Assembly: GCA_031282405.1 (NCBI GenBank) | Contig: JAITDU010000016.1 | Coordinates: forward strand, 2,587-66,586 | Length of the DNA stretch: 64,000 nucleotides | Direction of reading: 5' to 3' | Origin: Coriobacteriales bacterium | Lineage (GTDB): Bacteria > Actinomycetota > Coriobacteriia > Coriobacteriales > UBA8131 | In this document: one piece after another, positions 10,634 to 20,259 of the stretch | How the letters are laid out: each line of letters starts with the position of its first letter | Position numbering within the stretch: position 1 is the first letter of the stretch | Notes under the pieces: generated by a model | Database searches by the model: none | The model's input: the letters and a program-made list of their open reading frames with translations, nothing else | What the model was told of the DNA's origin: nothing | Made by a program: the position numbers and the translations under genes

Positions 10634-11179
10634 ATGACTGCCCGGTTAAAAGAAAAGTATAGAAACGACATAGTACCCAAACTCCAGGAAAGTCTGGCTT
10701 TGGATAACGTCAACGAAGTGCCAACTCTTGAGAAGATAGTTGTCAATATGGGTGTTGGTGTTGCCGCACAGGACGGCAAGCAGATTGACGCGGCTGTCCA
10801 GGACCTCAGGGCCATCACGGGACAACAACCCAAGGTCACCCGGGCAAAAAAATCCATAGCTAACTTCAAGCTGCGGGCTGGTATGCCTATCGGAGCTAAA
10901 GTTACCCTGCGTGGTGAGCGAATGTGGGAGTTCTTGGACCGCCTGCTATCTACGGCCATTCCGCGGGTACGCGACTTTCGGGGTATCTCCCCCGATAGTT
11001 TTGACGGTCGTGGCAACTACACTCTGGGTGTTACCGAACAGCTTATTTTTACCGAGATTGACTATGACAAAGTTGATCGTACCCGAGGCATGGATATCAC
11101 AATTGTGACTTCAGCCAAAGATGACGTACAGGCCAGAGCGCTGTTTGAGGCTCTGGAGTTTCCGTTTAAGAAGAAATAA
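10634..11179 (+). CDS. rplE: 50S ribosomal protein L5
   Basis: [17 protein letters not shown]... (181 aa). ATG lies 1 nt after the rplX stop. The track start at 10598 overlaps rplX. Confidence 0.95.
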   Translation: MTARLKEKYRNDIVPKLQESLALDNVNEVPTLEKIVVNMGVGVAAQDGKQIDAAVQDLRAITGQQPKVTRAKKSIANFKLRAGMPIGAKVTLRGERMWEFLDRLLSTAIPRVRDFRGISPDSFDGRGNYTLGVTEQLIFTEIDYDKVDRTRGMDITIVTSAKDDVQARALFEALEFPFKKK

Positions 11180-11192
11180 CGAAAGGAATAAC

Positions 11193-11378
11193 GTGGCAAA
11201 AAAGTCGATGATCGCCAAAGCCAAGAGAATACCCAAATTCTCGACACGCCAGCACAACCGCTGTGTACGCTGCGGTCGCCCTCGCGCCTATTACCGACAG
11301 TTCGGCATCTGTCGTATCTGTCTGCGCGAGCTGGCCAGTAAAGGCGAACTGCCCGGTGTCCGCAAGGCAAGTTGGTAG
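11193..11378 (+). CDS. rpsZ: 30S ribosomal protein S14, type Z (zinc form)
   Basis: 61 aa from GTG 11193: [12 protein letters not shown]...[23 protein letters not shown]...W. CxxC...CxxC matches the short zinc-binding S14. Confidence 0.93.
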   Translation: MAKKSMIAKAKRIPKFSTRQHNRCVRCGRPRAYYRQFGICRICLRELASKGELPGVRKASW

Positions 11379-11569
11379 CCAAACGAGGCAGATGGGATTG
11401 TCGCGCAATGCTGCCGCTGCAACTGACAGGTGGCACGAGCGTTTGGCAAACCCGGTAGGTCTCGTTACGCCAATGGCCTAAAGACCCGACAGACCCTGTG
11501 CCAAGGCGCCTTTGTTAAGGGCAGAGGCGAACCGGTACCAGAGTTCATCATAAGAGAAACGAGGAAGTA

Positions 11570-11968
11570 ATGTCCATGACAGACCCTATTGCCGATATGC
11601 TCACGAGAGTGCGCAACGCCAACTCGGCAAGCAAAGACATAGTGTCTATGCCCACCAGTAAAAAGCTGGTGGAGATTGCCCGCATCCTCAAAGAGGAGGG
11701 CTACATAACCGATTATCAGATTGTTGATGCCTCGCCCGTAAACCGGTTGGAGATAAGCCTCAAGTATGGAGAGAAGCGCTCCAGGACGATCCGTGGCCTC
11801 AAACGCATATCCAAGCCGGGGCTGAGGGTCTACGCCGGTAAAGATGAGTTGCCCCGTGTACTCGGCGGCCTGGGGACGGCGATAATTTCGACGTCCAAAG
11901 GCGTGATGGCCGATCGCGATGCCCGTCGAGCCGGCGTTGGCGGCGAAGTCATCGCGTATATATGGTAG
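11570..11968 (+). CDS. rpsH: 30S ribosomal protein S8
   Basis: [17 protein letters not shown] is an S8 hallmark. Confidence 0.96.
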   Translation: MSMTDPIADMLTRVRNANSASKDIVSMPTSKKLVEIARILKEEGYITDYQIVDASPVNRLEISLKYGEKRSRTIRGLKRISKPGLRVYAGKDELPRVLGGLGTAIISTSKGVMADRDARRAGVGGEVIAYIW

Positions 11969-11977
11969 GGAGAAAAC

Positions 11978-12520
11978 ATGTCGCGAATTGGTAGACAACC
12001 CGTGGTAGTGCCGGCTGGTGTCGAAGTGAACATCGACGGCAACCACGTTCAGGTCAAAGGTCCAAAAGGAGAACTCAGCCATGAGTTTTTGCCCGAGGTC
12101 AGCATCAGTCAAGAGGGCAACGAGCTCAAGGTGGCACAGGTAGGTGACAGTCGCGATGCCCGTGCCCGTTTTGGCCTATCCAGGACACTCCTCAATAACA
12201 TGGTTGTAGGGGTGAACGAGGGCTTTAGTAAGAAGCTGGAGATTATCGGCGTTGGCTATCGAGCTGCGCTCAAAGGCAAGGATCTGGAGATGCAGCTGGG
12301 CTATTCTCACCCGGTTTTAGTCAAGGCACCGGCGGGAATCAGCTTTGAGTTGCCTTCTCCCACTCAAATCATTGTGTTAGGTATAGACAAGCAGCAGGTC
12401 GGGCAGGTAGCCGCGGATATTCGCAAATGGCGTAAGCCCGAACCTTACAAAGGCAAGGGAATCCGCTATGAGGGCGAGTATGTCCGGCGCAAGCTGGGCA
12501 AGGCCGCAGCCTCGGCGTAA
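11978..12520 (+). CDS. rplF: 50S ribosomal protein L6
   Basis: [33 protein letters not shown] is L6. Confidence 0.96.
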   Translation: MSRIGRQPVVVPAGVEVNIDGNHVQVKGPKGELSHEFLPEVSISQEGNELKVAQVGDSRDARARFGLSRTLLNNMVVGVNEGFSKKLEIIGVGYRAALKGKDLEMQLGYSHPVLVKAPAGISFELPSPTQIIVLGIDKQQVGQVAADIRKWRKPEPYKGKGIRYEGEYVRRKLGKAAASA

Positions 12521-12533
12521 AGGAGAAATAGCG

Positions 12534-12908
12534 ATGGACAAACTCAAATCACAGGCTAAGACTGCCGGCTTAAAGCGTCGGCAACGGCGGGTGCGCGGCA
12601 AGGTACGCGGTACGGCCAGCTGTCCGCGGCTGAGGGTCACCCGCTCTAATGCTCATATCTATGCTCAGGTGATAGACGATGTGTCCGGTCGTACCTTGGT
12701 AAGTGCCTCATCCCTGGATGGCGAATTCAAGGCAGATGGCACAAGCGGGGCTACTGTAGCGGGCGCTGAATTGGTAGGTAAATTAGTCGGTCGCAGGGCT
12801 ACTGAGGCCAAGATCACCACAGTGGTGTTCGACCGCGGTGGCCATCTGTATCATGGACGTGTCAAGGCACTGGCAGACGGTGCCCGCGCGTCCGGTTTGC
12901 AATTCTAG
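12534..12908 (+). CDS. rplR: 50S ribosomal protein L18
   Basis: [24 protein letters not shown]...[17 protein letters not shown] (124 aa), preceded by AAAGGAG. The track start at 12468 overlaps rplF. Confidence 0.95.
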   Translation: MDKLKSQAKTAGLKRRQRRVRGKVRGTASCPRLRVTRSNAHIYAQVIDDVSGRTLVSASSLDGEFKADGTSGATVAGAELVGKLVGRRATEAKITTVVFDRGGHLYHGRVKALADGARASGLQF

Positions 12909-12919
12909 GAGGAGCGTAC

Positions 12920-13441
12920 ATGGCGCGTAGCAGCAAAAGAGAGACACCGGTACCAGAACTACAGGAGAAAGTCGTTTATATCAACCGCGTCTCCAAAGTC
13001 GTCAAAGGTGGACGCCGCTTTGCCCTGACAGCCCTCGTGGTTGTGGGCGACGGCAAGGGTCGCGTAGGTGTAGGCATGGGAAAGAGCCAAGAGGTGCCCA
13101 TAGCCATCAAAAAGGGCGTCGAAGATGCCAAAAAGAACATGTTCAGGGTGCCGATTACCGCAGAAGGTACACTGCCGCATGAGGCGCTTGGTGTATTCGG
13201 TGCGGGCAAGGTACTGCTCAAACCGGCTACACCGGGAACCGGCGTCATCGCTGGTGGCCCGGTGCGCGCCGTTTTGGAGTTGGCCGGGGTCAAAGACGTG
13301 CTCTCCAAAAGCCTGGGTACGAACAATGCCATGAACATCGTCAAGGCTACGGCCGCCGGCCTTAAGCAATTGTCTTCTCCTCAGGAAGTGGCAGCTCGGC
13401 GCGATTTATCGGTTGCCAAGATATATGGCTGGAAGGAGTGA
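12920..13441 (+). CDS. rpsE: 30S ribosomal protein S5
   Basis: [33 protein letters not shown] is S5. Confidence 0.96.
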   Translation: MARSSKRETPVPELQEKVVYINRVSKVVKGGRRFALTALVVVGDGKGRVGVGMGKSQEVPIAIKKGVEDAKKNMFRVPITAEGTLPHEALGVFGAGKVLLKPATPGTGVIAGGPVRAVLELAGVKDVLSKSLGTNNAMNIVKATAAGLKQLSSPQEVAARRDLSVAKIYGWKE

Positions 13442-13833
13442 GCGCAGTGCCAAATGCAGCCAAAGAAAGTCCGAATAAAAGCGCGCGCAAAAGTACGACC
13501 AGGAGTGCAGGCACAAGCACAACAAAAAGCACGGGCGCAAACAAGAGTGCAGCCAAGAGCACGGGCGCAGCAACAAGCGTAATAAAGAATACGGACAAAA
13601 ACATAAGCAAAAGCGCAGCCAAGAGCACAAGCAGAAGCGCGCGCAAAAGCGCGACCAAGAGCTTGAGGGTGACCCAGATCAAGAGTCCTATCGGTTTCAA
13701 GCGCGACCAGGCCGCCACTTTGCAGGCACTGGGACTGGGCAAGATCAATCGCAGTGTGTTGCAGGTAGACAACCCTGCCATACGCGGCATGCTGTTCAAA
13801 GTCAGACATCTGGTAAAGGTGGAGGAGATATAA
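13438..13833 (+). CDS. rpmD: 50S ribosomal protein L30 with a low-complexity N-terminal extension of about 75 aa
   Basis: The C-terminal 56 aa ([34 protein letters not shown]...) are a normal L30. The frame stays open back to GTG 13438 / GTG 13447, next to the rpsE stop and GGAAGGAG. The extension is K/S/T/A repeats. Alternative internal starts are TTG 13663 and GTG 13669, which lack an SD. Confidence 0.8.
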   Translation: MSAVPNAAKESPNKSARKSTTRSAGTSTTKSTGANKSAAKSTGAATSVIKNTDKNISKSAAKSTSRSARKSATKSLRVTQIKSPIGFKRDQAATLQALGLGKINRSVLQVDNPAIRGMLFKVRHLVKVEEI

Positions 13834-13834
13834 G

Positions 13835-14284
13835 ATGCAGCTTCATGATTTAGCGCCGGCTCCAGGGTCGACGAAGCAGCGCAAGCGTGTCGGTCGTGGG
13901 CACGGCAGTGGCAGAGGCAAGACTGCGACGCGTGGCCAAGACGGTCAAAAATCACGTGCGGGTGGCGGCAAAGGTCCTGGGTTCGAAGGTGGACAGACAC
14001 CCTTGGCCCGCAGACTGCCCAAACTGCCCGGTTTCAAGAACATCAATCGTACAGAGTATCTGCCGGTCAATGTGGACCGCCTGGAGACTCATTTTGCCGA
14101 CGGTGACGTCGTTGACAGCACGTCTTTGGCGGCAAAAGCTATAATCAAGAACAGTACTCTGCCGGTTAAGGTGCTGGGAGGTGGCAATTTGAGCAAGAGC
14201 CTTACTGTCAGGGTGGATAAGGTCTCGGCACGTGCTGCCGAGAAGATCGCCCAAGCGGGAGGGAAGGTAGAGCCGCCGTGCTGA
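13835..14284 (+). CDS. rplO: 50S ribosomal protein L15
   Basis: MQLHDLAPAPGSTKQRKRVGRGHGSGRGKT is L15. Confidence 0.96.
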   Translation: MQLHDLAPAPGSTKQRKRVGRGHGSGRGKTATRGQDGQKSRAGGGKGPGFEGGQTPLARRLPKLPGFKNINRTEYLPVNVDRLETHFADGDVVDSTSLAAKAIIKNSTLPVKVLGGGNLSKSLTVRVDKVSARAAEKIAQAGGKVEPPC

Positions 14285-15546
14285 GCGCACTCCTTAATGC
14301 GTTTCGCGTTCCTGATCTTCGCAAGAAGATCATCTTCACCCTGGCGATCATTGCCTTGTATCGCCTGGGTTCTTATATCCCGGTACCCGGCGTACCTATT
14401 GGCGCTTTGACCGACGCGTTTAACGATCCGTCCAATCCGTCGCTCTTGATGCTCAACCTGTTCTCGGGAAATGCTCTGAGCAACTTTTCGGTATTCTCGC
14501 TGGGTATCATGCCCTACATCACTGCGTCTATCATTATGCAATTGATGCAGGGTGTCATACCGGCTTTGCAGCGCATGGCCCGCGAGGGAGAAAGCGGCCA
14601 GCGGCGCATTACGCAAATTACCCGCTACCTGTGTTTGGGTTTGGGTTTGATTAACGCCATCGGCTATCTGTTCTTGTTCCAAAGTCCGCAATACGGTGTG
14701 GTGCTCAGCAGTGATATACCGTATTTCCTCACAGCTGTGGTCATCGTCCTCACGCTGGTTGCCGGCGTGGGTTTCATCATGTGGATGGGCGAGTTGATAA
14801 CCCAGCGCGGCGTGGGCAACGGCATGTCGCTGATAATATTCGCCAATATCATCGCTGGTTTTCCCAGTGCTATCATGCAGTCGGTGAGCACGCAATCGGC
14901 GGGCATGACGATTCTGATTATTCTCGTGGTGTTGGCGGTTATCCCCGGTATCGTTTTAATTGAGCGAGCGCAAAGGCGCATTCCCATCAATTACGCTAAG
15001 CGCATCCAGGGCAGGCGAGTAATGGGCGGCCAGGCCACCTACATCCCGCTCAAAGTCAACGGAGCCGGTGTCATCCCGATTATATTTGCCTCGTCGTTAC
15101 TGTATTTTCCGGCTCAGCTAGCGGTGTTTTTCAACGTGCAGTGGCTTACCGATGTCTCCAACGCTTTGTCCAGCGGCTGGATCAATTGGGTGTTGAACTT
15201 TGCGCTGATTGTGTTTTTCTGCTTCTTTTATACCTCGCTGGTGTTCAATCCAGAGGACACGGCCGACAACCTGCGCAAACAGGGCGGTTTTATCCCCGGG
15301 GTACGGCCGGGAGCCAACACGGTACAGTACATCAAGAATGTGCTTAATCGAATAACACTTCCTGGAGGTATCTACATCGGTATGATTGCTGTGATACCGT
15401 CCATCCTGTTTGCAACTACGGGCGATTCGTTGATCAGCGCCTTTGGCGGTACATCCATCCTGATTATGGTCGGCGTGGCCCTGGATACGATGAGTAAGGT
15501 GGAAAGCCAGCTCAAACAACACCATTACGAAGGTTTTTTCAAGTAG
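14278..15546 (+). CDS. secY: Preprotein translocase subunit SecY
   Basis: 422 aa polytopic membrane protein. LRKKIIFTLAIIALYRLGSYIPVPG and GIMPYITASII are SecY motifs. GTG start overlaps the rplO end. Confidence 0.96.
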   Translation: MLSALLNAFRVPDLRKKIIFTLAIIALYRLGSYIPVPGVPIGALTDAFNDPSNPSLLMLNLFSGNALSNFSVFSLGIMPYITASIIMQLMQGVIPALQRMAREGESGQRRITQITRYLCLGLGLINAIGYLFLFQSPQYGVVLSSDIPYFLTAVVIVLTLVAGVGFIMWMGELITQRGVGNGMSLIIFANIIAGFPSAIMQSVSTQSAGMTILIILVVLAVIPGIVLIERAQRRIPINYAKRIQGRRVMGGQATYIPLKVNGAGVIPIIFASSLLYFPAQLAVFFNVQWLTDVSNALSSGWINWVLNFALIVFFCFFYTSLVFNPEDTADNLRKQGGFIPGVRPGANTVQYIKNVLNRITLPGGIYIGMIAVIPSILFATTGDSLISAFGGTSILIMVGVALDTMSKVESQLKQHHYEGFFK

Positions 15547-15736
15547 CTCCGATTTTCCTGTAGCTATGCGGTTGGGTTTCCCTCGATTTCTCTCGATGGT
15601 AACGATCGTCTTGGAACAGTTGCTCAGGAACCAGGAGTCAACGGATCACGTTACGTAGCCATAGTTTTGCACCTGTCCTGCCCACTGCTTTTGTAACATA
15701 GTCCTGCAGATTCAAGCTGATATTCAGGAGGAGAGT

Positions 15737-16363
15737 ATGAATATAGTCTTGTTGGGAGCGCCCGGCGCGGGTAAAGGTACCCAGGCCGAGAAACTCGTGG
15801 ACGTGCATGATATTGCTCACATCTCTACCGGTAATATCCTGCGCGCCGCCGTCAAGGCCGAGACCCCACTGGGTTTAGAGGCCAAATCTTATATGGATGC
15901 GGGCGAGTTAGTGCCGGACTCGGTCGTTATCGGTCTGGTCAAAGAACGTCTGGAAGAAGAGGATACCGAGAAAGGCTTCATTTTAGATGGATTTCCGCGT
16001 ACGGCCACTCAGGCTGTTGCGCTGGCTTCGGAGCTGGATAAGCTGGGGCGTGGTATCGACTTTGCGATTGCCGTCAAGGTATCCCATGATGTCATTGTTG
16101 AGCGACTGAGTTCTCGGCGGCTTTGTCGGGCCTGTGGTTATATCGGAAACGCACTAGACAAAAACTGTCCAATCTGTGGCGATGTGATGTACCAGCGTGA
16201 TGACGACACTCCTGAGACTATCCGCAACCGCTTGGAGGTTTATGAGAAGTCGACGGCTCCTTTGATAGATTACTATCGTGGTGCTGACTTATTGGTCGAG
16301 GTAGATGGGGAGAAGGACCCAGATGAGGTCTTTATTCAGATTCAAAAGATGCTAGCACACTGA
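15737..16363 (+). CDS. adk: Adenylate kinase (Cys4 zinc lid)
   Basis: P-loop GAPGAGKGTQ. Lid has CRACG...CPICG. Confidence 0.96.
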   Translation: MNIVLLGAPGAGKGTQAEKLVDVHDIAHISTGNILRAAVKAETPLGLEAKSYMDAGELVPDSVVIGLVKERLEEEDTEKGFILDGFPRTATQAVALASELDKLGRGIDFAIAVKVSHDVIVERLSSRRLCRACGYIGNALDKNCPICGDVMYQRDDDTPETIRNRLEVYEKSTAPLIDYYRGADLLVEVDGEKDPDEVFIQIQKMLAH

Positions 16364-16439
16364 TTATCATAGTGGCAGTCGGTTATCTATCGACTTCTTA
16401 CGATCAACAAGGTAAACCTTAAGGAAACAGCGCAGCCCA

Positions 16440-17195
16440 TTGATACATATTAAGACTCCCGAGCAAATCGAGTTGATGCGCCACGCCGGACGTATCAGCG
16501 CCAAAGTGCTGCGTAAAACCGGAGAGATGGTACGTCCGGGCATCACTACTTTGGAACTAGACCGATTCGCCGAAAATCTCATAAGGATAGAGGGGGCTCG
16601 TCCGGCATTTTTGGGCTATAGCGGCTTTAAGGGTAGTATCTGCGCCTCGGTTAACGACCAGATTGTACACGGTATTCCTCACAAAGACGTACGATTGAAC
16701 GAGGGGGACATCATCTCTATCGACACAGGCGCCGTCCTGGAGGGTTGGTATGGCGACAATGCCGCCACCTTTGCGGTGGGCGAGATCAGTGCCGACGCTC
16801 AGCGGCTTTTGCAGGTGACAGAGTGTGCGATGTGGGCCGGTATCGCAGCAGCCATGGCAGGTAATCGCTTGGGTGACATTGGTCACGCGGTCCAAACGGT
16901 GAGTGAGGACGCTGGCTTTGGTGTTGTTCGAGAGTACGTTGGACATGGTATTGGTCGGCATATGCACGAGGATCCCAATGTGCCCAATTTTGGCCGGCGT
17001 GGTCAGGGTATCAAACTCAAAGCAGGCATGGTGTTAGCCATTGAGCCAATGATCAACATGGGCGACTATACGACCCGCGGACCGTTTGAGGATGGCTGGA
17101 TTGTCTATACCGCCGATGGCTCGCTTTCGGCACATTTTGAGCGTACCGTAGCTGTGAGTGTCGAGGGACCACCAGAGATACTGACCAAGGAATAG
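16440..17195 (+). CDS. map: Methionine aminopeptidase type I
   Basis: IKTPEQIELMRHAGR..., metal ligands in DIISIDTG / GHGIG / LAIEP context. TTG start. Confidence 0.94.
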   Translation: MIHIKTPEQIELMRHAGRISAKVLRKTGEMVRPGITTLELDRFAENLIRIEGARPAFLGYSGFKGSICASVNDQIVHGIPHKDVRLNEGDIISIDTGAVLEGWYGDNAATFAVGEISADAQRLLQVTECAMWAGIAAAMAGNRLGDIGHAVQTVSEDAGFGVVREYVGHGIGRHMHEDPNVPNFGRRGQGIKLKAGMVLAIEPMINMGDYTTRGPFEDGWIVYTADGSLSAHFERTVAVSVEGPPEILTKE

Positions 17196-17244
17196 CGAAG
17201 TACCCACGCAGTATTTGGTGCGTTCGTTCCGTCGTGCATCCGTT

Positions 17245-17278
17245 CTGCCACCCCATCCGCTCTGCCACCCCATCCGCT
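17245..17278. repeat. Tandem 17-bp repeat (ctgccaccccatccgct x2, plus a degenerate partial unit upstream)
   Basis: Direct reading: two perfect adjacent units at 17245-17261 and 17262-17278. Intergenic, just upstream of palindromic element copy 1. Confidence 0.85.
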
Positions 17279-17341
17279 CTGGAGCAAATACCCTGCCATA
17301 GGAATATATAAGGATATGCTCCAACTGATGTCAGCCCGTAC

Positions 17342-17530
17342 CTGGCTGACGTAAGCCCGTAAGGCTCAGGGCTTCGCACCCGCAGGGCTCTGACAGTTCT
17401 GCAGCTGCGAAACTTGGCCAGCGCTTACTTTGTACCAAAGTAAGCGCTGGCCTCAAACAATCCTCGCTTACGCAGTACTGCCAGAGTCCTGCTGCTTCGC
17501 AAAATCGCCCTACGGATTTACGTCAGCCAG
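17342..17530 (-). repeat. Nested imperfect palindromic element, copy 1 (inverted relative to copies 2 and 3)
   Basis: Terminal IR ctggctgacgtaagcccgtaaggc / gccctacggatttacgtcagccag. Central perfect 17-bp stem at 17416-17452. Its reverse complement aligns along its length with 51238-51428 and with the core of 62301-62560. Confidence 0.85.
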
Positions 17531-17636
17531 AGTAGGCGCATCGTCACTGCCGCGCCGTCTGCGGCGGCTCAGAGTAACGAAGATACGCAGGCTCGTGCTC
17601 CTCACCGTGATGCTATACCCGCCCACTATCTCACGC

Positions 17637-18923
17637 CTAAGTCAGTATAAAAGGCTCAAAGCGGGCCGCCAGTCTGGGGGGCAACAGCAATTCCAGCTCG
17701 GTACCCTGGCTGGTGTATTTCTCAGTAATAATACTAGTATAATCATATGCTAGTTTAACTAAGGCTCCCTGATCAAAGGGGATAAGCACCCGGGCCGGCT
17801 TCATCTGAGCGTTGGCGGTCTGTTCGATGCGCTCGTGCAAAGCCGTAATGCCGGTGCCGGTTTGGGCAGAAATGAACACCGCCTGGGGAAAGGCATCCGT
17901 CAGCTCTGTGTATTGAGTGGTGCTCAACAGGTCGCTTTTGTTAAACACCAGCACCTGTGGTGTTTTGGCCGCATCGATCTGCGCCAACACTTCGTTGACA
18001 GCCTGGATATGTTCCAGGTAATGACCGGCACAGGCATCGACGATATGTAGGATCAAGTCGGCGTTGCTGATCTCGTCCAGCGTGGACTTGAACGCCTCTA
18101 CGAGGCCATGAGGGAGCTTATGGATGAAGCCGACTGTGTCGGTCAGCAGCATCTCACGGCCGCCCGGCAGTGTCAGTTTACGGGTTGTGGCATCTAAGGT
18201 AGCGAACAACTGGTCCATAACGGGGGCATCGGCACCGGTCAGACGGTTAAGCAGGCTGGATTTGCCGGCATTCGTGTAACCGGCCAAAGCCAGCCGGAAT
18301 AGAGCACCACTACTCCTGGTTTTGCGCTGTACCGCGCGTTCGCGTGCCACTCCCGCCAATTCCCGCTGTATCGAATCGATACGCTTGCGTACCATCCGTC
18401 GATCGACCTCTAATTGGCTTTCGCCTTCGCCAAACCGCGAGCCTACACCACCGCCCATCCGATTGGCCACCAGATGGGCCCACATCCCGCGCAGGCGGGG
18501 CAATAGATACTGACTCTGTGCCAGACGTACCTGTAAACGACCCTCGCGGGTCTGGGCATGCAGGGCAAATATATCCAATATCAGCGCTGTCCTGTCCAGA
18601 ATCTTTACACCCTTTATCTCAGATTCCAGGTTGGCCTGTTGGCTGGGCGACAGTTCACTGTCAAATAGCACGACATCAACATCTAACGCGGTTGCGAGGC
18701 TGGCTGTCTCTGCTACTTTGCCCTTGCCGACGAGTGTGCGAGCATTGGGTCGAATCAGCTTTTGGGAGACCCTTCCTACCACTTCGGCCCCGGCCGTAGA
18801 CGCAAGGCTGGCCAGTTCGTTTAAGGACTCGGTCATCGGCCAGGTGTCATCGGGGCGATCGATACCCACGAGCAAGGCCCGCTCGGGCCGCTCAGCTGTC
18901 TCAAACATCGCCTCTTTGACCAT
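17637..18923 (-). CDS. hflX: GTPase HflX
   Basis: 428 aa. HflX N-domain (TLVGKGKVAE), G-domain GYTNAGKSSLLN...DTVGF...NKSD. Confidence 0.93.
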   Translation of the reverse strand: MVKEAMFETAERPERALLVGIDRPDDTWPMTESLNELASLASTAGAEVVGRVSQKLIRPNARTLVGKGKVAETASLATALDVDVVLFDSELSPSQQANLESEIKGVKILDRTALILDIFALHAQTREGRLQVRLAQSQYLLPRLRGMWAHLVANRMGGGVGSRFGEGESQLEVDRRMVRKRIDSIQRELAGVARERAVQRKTRSSGALFRLALAGYTNAGKSSLLNRLTGADAPVMDQLFATLDATTRKLTLPGGREMLLTDTVGFIHKLPHGLVEAFKSTLDEISNADLILHIVDACAGHYLEHIQAVNEVLAQIDAAKTPQVLVFNKSDLLSTTQYTELTDAFPQAVFISAQTGTGITALHERIEQTANAQMKPARVLIPFDQGALVKLAYDYTSIITEKYTSQGTELELLLPPRLAARFEPFILT

Positions 18924-19014
18924 AGCTGCTACCCTCTCATTTGTAGTAAGGTCATACTATCAATTTTGGTGTATCCTGTAAACTGGCGAATTACACATCA
19001 GAGGAGGTTTTATA

Positions 19015-19458
19015 ATGCTTTGCCAAAAATGTGGTTCGGTGCGCTCGCGAGTCATCGACTCCAGACCTTCTGAGGACGGTACCCGAGTTCGCCGCCGGCG
19101 TGTGTGCGAGGACTGTGGCAGTCGCTTCACCACGTATGAGACCTACCGGTCCCAACCGCTAATCGTCAAGAAGAAGGACCGAAGTTCCGAACAGTTTGAT
19201 CGCGACAAGCTGCTACGCGGCCTTATGACCGCCACAGTAAAGCGCGACGTAGCGGTGTCAGATCTGGAAAACCTAATAGACACCGTCGAAACTGAATTGC
19301 GCACGCAGTCAAAGAGTTTGATTGAATCGCATGACCTGGGCGAGATGGTGCTCGAACGACTACGGGACATTGATGATGTGGCCTATATTCGTTTTGCCTC
19401 GGTCTATCGTGACTTCAAAGATATCGACGAGTTTCAAAGTGTGCTCAAAGGAATGTAG
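19015..19458 (+). CDS. nrdR: Transcriptional repressor NrdR
   Basis: N-terminal zinc ribbon CQKCG...CEDCGSRFTTYE plus ATP-cone (YIRFASVYRDF). Confidence 0.94.
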   Translation: MLCQKCGSVRSRVIDSRPSEDGTRVRRRRVCEDCGSRFTTYETYRSQPLIVKKKDRSSEQFDRDKLLRGLMTATVKRDVAVSDLENLIDTVETELRTQSKSLIESHDLGEMVLERLRDIDDVAYIRFASVYRDFKDIDEFQSVLKGM

Positions 19459-19614
19459 ACTCAATGTTGGCATGTGATTACGATAAAGGCGCGAAGTCTG
19501 TGAGCCGTGCCTCGGACTTGCTCCAAGTTAGTGCGAGGAGTGCTGGCGAGAAGCCCATAAGCGCTCCAATCAGAGAGGTCGAAGGGCTCGAGAAGTTAGA
19601 AAGGCGGATGTTTT

Positions 19615-20055
19615 GTGTCTGAGTTAGAATTGAGAGTCAAGCGTCTTAACAAGGCTACAGCTCTGCCTGCCTACGCCTACGCGGGAGACGCAGGTCTGGA
19701 TCTTTGTGCTGCGACCTCGGTTGACATCGCTCCGTTTCAGCGTGTCCTTATCCCCACAGGATTAAGCATTGCCATACCTGAGGGTTTTGCCGGCTTTGTG
19801 TTACCGCGCTCCGGCCTGGCGCTTACGCGTGGCCTGTCGTTAGTAAACGCGCCGGGACTTGTCGACAGCCACTATCGTGGCGAGGTCAAGATACTTGCTC
19901 TTAACACCGATAGCCAACAGCCAATTAAAATTGAGGCAGGTGAGCGCATTGCTCAGCTGGTTGTTTTGGAGGTGGCCACCCCATCGGTCATTGAGGTCGA
20001 GGAATTGGATACGACGAGTCGTGGCAGTGGAGGTTTTGGTTCCAGTGGGCTGTAG
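19615..20055 (+). CDS. dut: dUTP diphosphatase
   Basis: AGDAGLDL, PRSG, VDSHYRGEV, RGSGGFGSSG are dUTPase motifs 1-5. GTG start. Confidence 0.94.
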   Translation: MSELELRVKRLNKATALPAYAYAGDAGLDLCAATSVDIAPFQRVLIPTGLSIAIPEGFAGFVLPRSGLALTRGLSLVNAPGLVDSHYRGEVKILALNTDSQQPIKIEAGERIAQLVVLEVATPSVIEVEELDTTSRGSGGFGSSGL

Positions 20056-20259
20056 ACACCGTCTCACTCGGGCAGAGGCTGACAGGCTGCTCTATCAGGT
20101 GCCTCATATGCCGTATGTTTCGTCGGACGAGACGCTCTCTCGGACGGAGCAGGGGCTTTCAGAGGGTTTCTCCCCAACAGGCACTTTTGCCCGACCAACA
20201 GCACTACGGCGTTCTTTGTCTCAATGTGACAGCACTAAATCCGAGGAAAGTGATAGCAG

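Noticed and set aside
13362-14000. 212-aa minus-strand ORF with long Leu/Ala/Val-rich 'transmembrane-like' stretches opposite rpmD.
   Set aside because: The hydrophobic stretches are simply the reverse complement of the Lys/Ser/Ala repeat codons (AAG/AGC/GCA) of the L30 extension, so this is a compositional artefact.
17430-17753. 107-aa ORF spanning palindromic element copy 1 and the 3' end of hflX.
   Set aside because: It overlaps the repeat and the antisense of hflX, and has no SD and no motifs.
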